Source: Acidobacteriota bacterium
GTDB lineage: Bacteria; Acidobacteriota; Thermoanaerobaculia; UBA5066
Direction of reading: 5' to 3'
Length of the DNA: 64,000 nucleotides
Assembly: GCA_029781975.1 (NCBI GenBank)
Contig: JAKOVQ010000014.1
Span: 283,864-347,863, forward strand
Shown here piece after piece: positions 63,742 through 64,000 of the stretch. The translations under genes were made by a program, and so were the position numbers. Within the stretch, counting starts at the first letter, position 1. Every line of letters starts with the position of its first letter. The notes under the pieces were generated by a model. It did not search any database. It was given only the letters and a program-made list of their open reading frames with translations, and was not told where the DNA came from.

Positions 63742-64000
63742 TCAGGCCTTCGCCTCCTCCTCGAGGAACTTCTCGTAACGGGCCGAGGTCATCAGCCCCT
63801 CGAGCTCGCCGTCGGAGGAGACCTTGATCTTCAGCAGCCAGCCTTCGCCGTGGGGGTCCTCGTTGACCGCGCCCGGCTCGTCGGCCAGGACCTTGTTGAC
63901 TTCGACGATCTCGCCGGCCACCGGAAGGAAGAGCTCCGAGACCGCCTTCACCGACTCGATGGTCCCGAACTCCTGGCCCGCGTCGAAGAGCTCGCCCGTC
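63742..64000 (-). CDS. gcvH: glycine cleavage system H protein, C-terminal part (N-terminus beyond window end)
   Basis: Lipoyl-domain tail VSELFLPVAGEIVEVN...EDPHGEGWLLKIK; upstream of gcvPA on the same strand. Confidence 0.85.
   Translation of the reverse strand, partial: TGELFDAGQEFGTIESVKAVSELFLPVAGEIVEVNKVLADEPGAVNEDPHGEGWLLKIKVSSDGELEGLMTSARYEKFLEEEAKA

Noticed and set aside
1-64000. Searched by eye for tRNA/tmRNA/RNase P/SRP signatures (GGTTCGA-type T-arms, conserved RNase P CR regions) and for integrase/transposase genes
   Set aside because: None recognised; cannot exclude without tRNAscan/Infernal.

Overview
This is a high-GC (about 70%+) bacterial chromosomal segment, densely coding on both strands. 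Because of the GC content, many long arginine/proline-rich six-frame ORFs are antisense artefacts. After discarding them I support about 53 genes.

Main contents:
- A lysC-thrB-[PAS/GAF/GGDEF/EAL]-thrC threonine-pathway cluster.
- A cysteine desulfurase followed by an FHA/zinc-ribbon protein.
- A GWxTD/VWA surface protein carrying an in-frame 9-bp tandem repeat.
- A four-gene minus-strand block: DUF1697 plus three tandem paralogous zinc-ribbon proteins linked by GTGA overlaps. This is the most unusual block in the window.
- An ECF sigma / anti-sigma / exported-protein operon.
- A long minus-strand signalling array: Cys-rich small protein, 7TM diguanylate cyclase, HPt-like small protein, sigma54 response regulator, TPR sensor kinase, REC-like protein, and a degenerate GGDEF (EEDEF) that keeps its RxxD I-site.
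- A cNMP-binding protein, an MFS exporter, and a flotillin-like SPFH operon followed by GH1, PHP and GT2 genes.
- A roughly 1100-aa secreted propeller protein with an internal duplication, in a row with a CPA2 antiporter and an outer-membrane barrel.
- Adenine deaminase, a ferritin-like DUF2202 protein preceded by a roughly 660-bp hairpin-rich noncoding region, an S9 peptidase, rfbA plus a DUF4301-like partner, an HD-GYP/GAF phosphodiesterase, an M23 peptidase, efp, an SGNH-like hydrolase, a FadL porin, and gcvH(partial)-gcvPA-gcvPB.

I saw no rRNA, tRNA, CRISPR array, transposase or integrase, so this looks like core chromosome, possibly Acidobacteria-like (inference only). Coordinates of internal start codons were set by frame arithmetic against the supplied ORF track and may be off by one codon choice.
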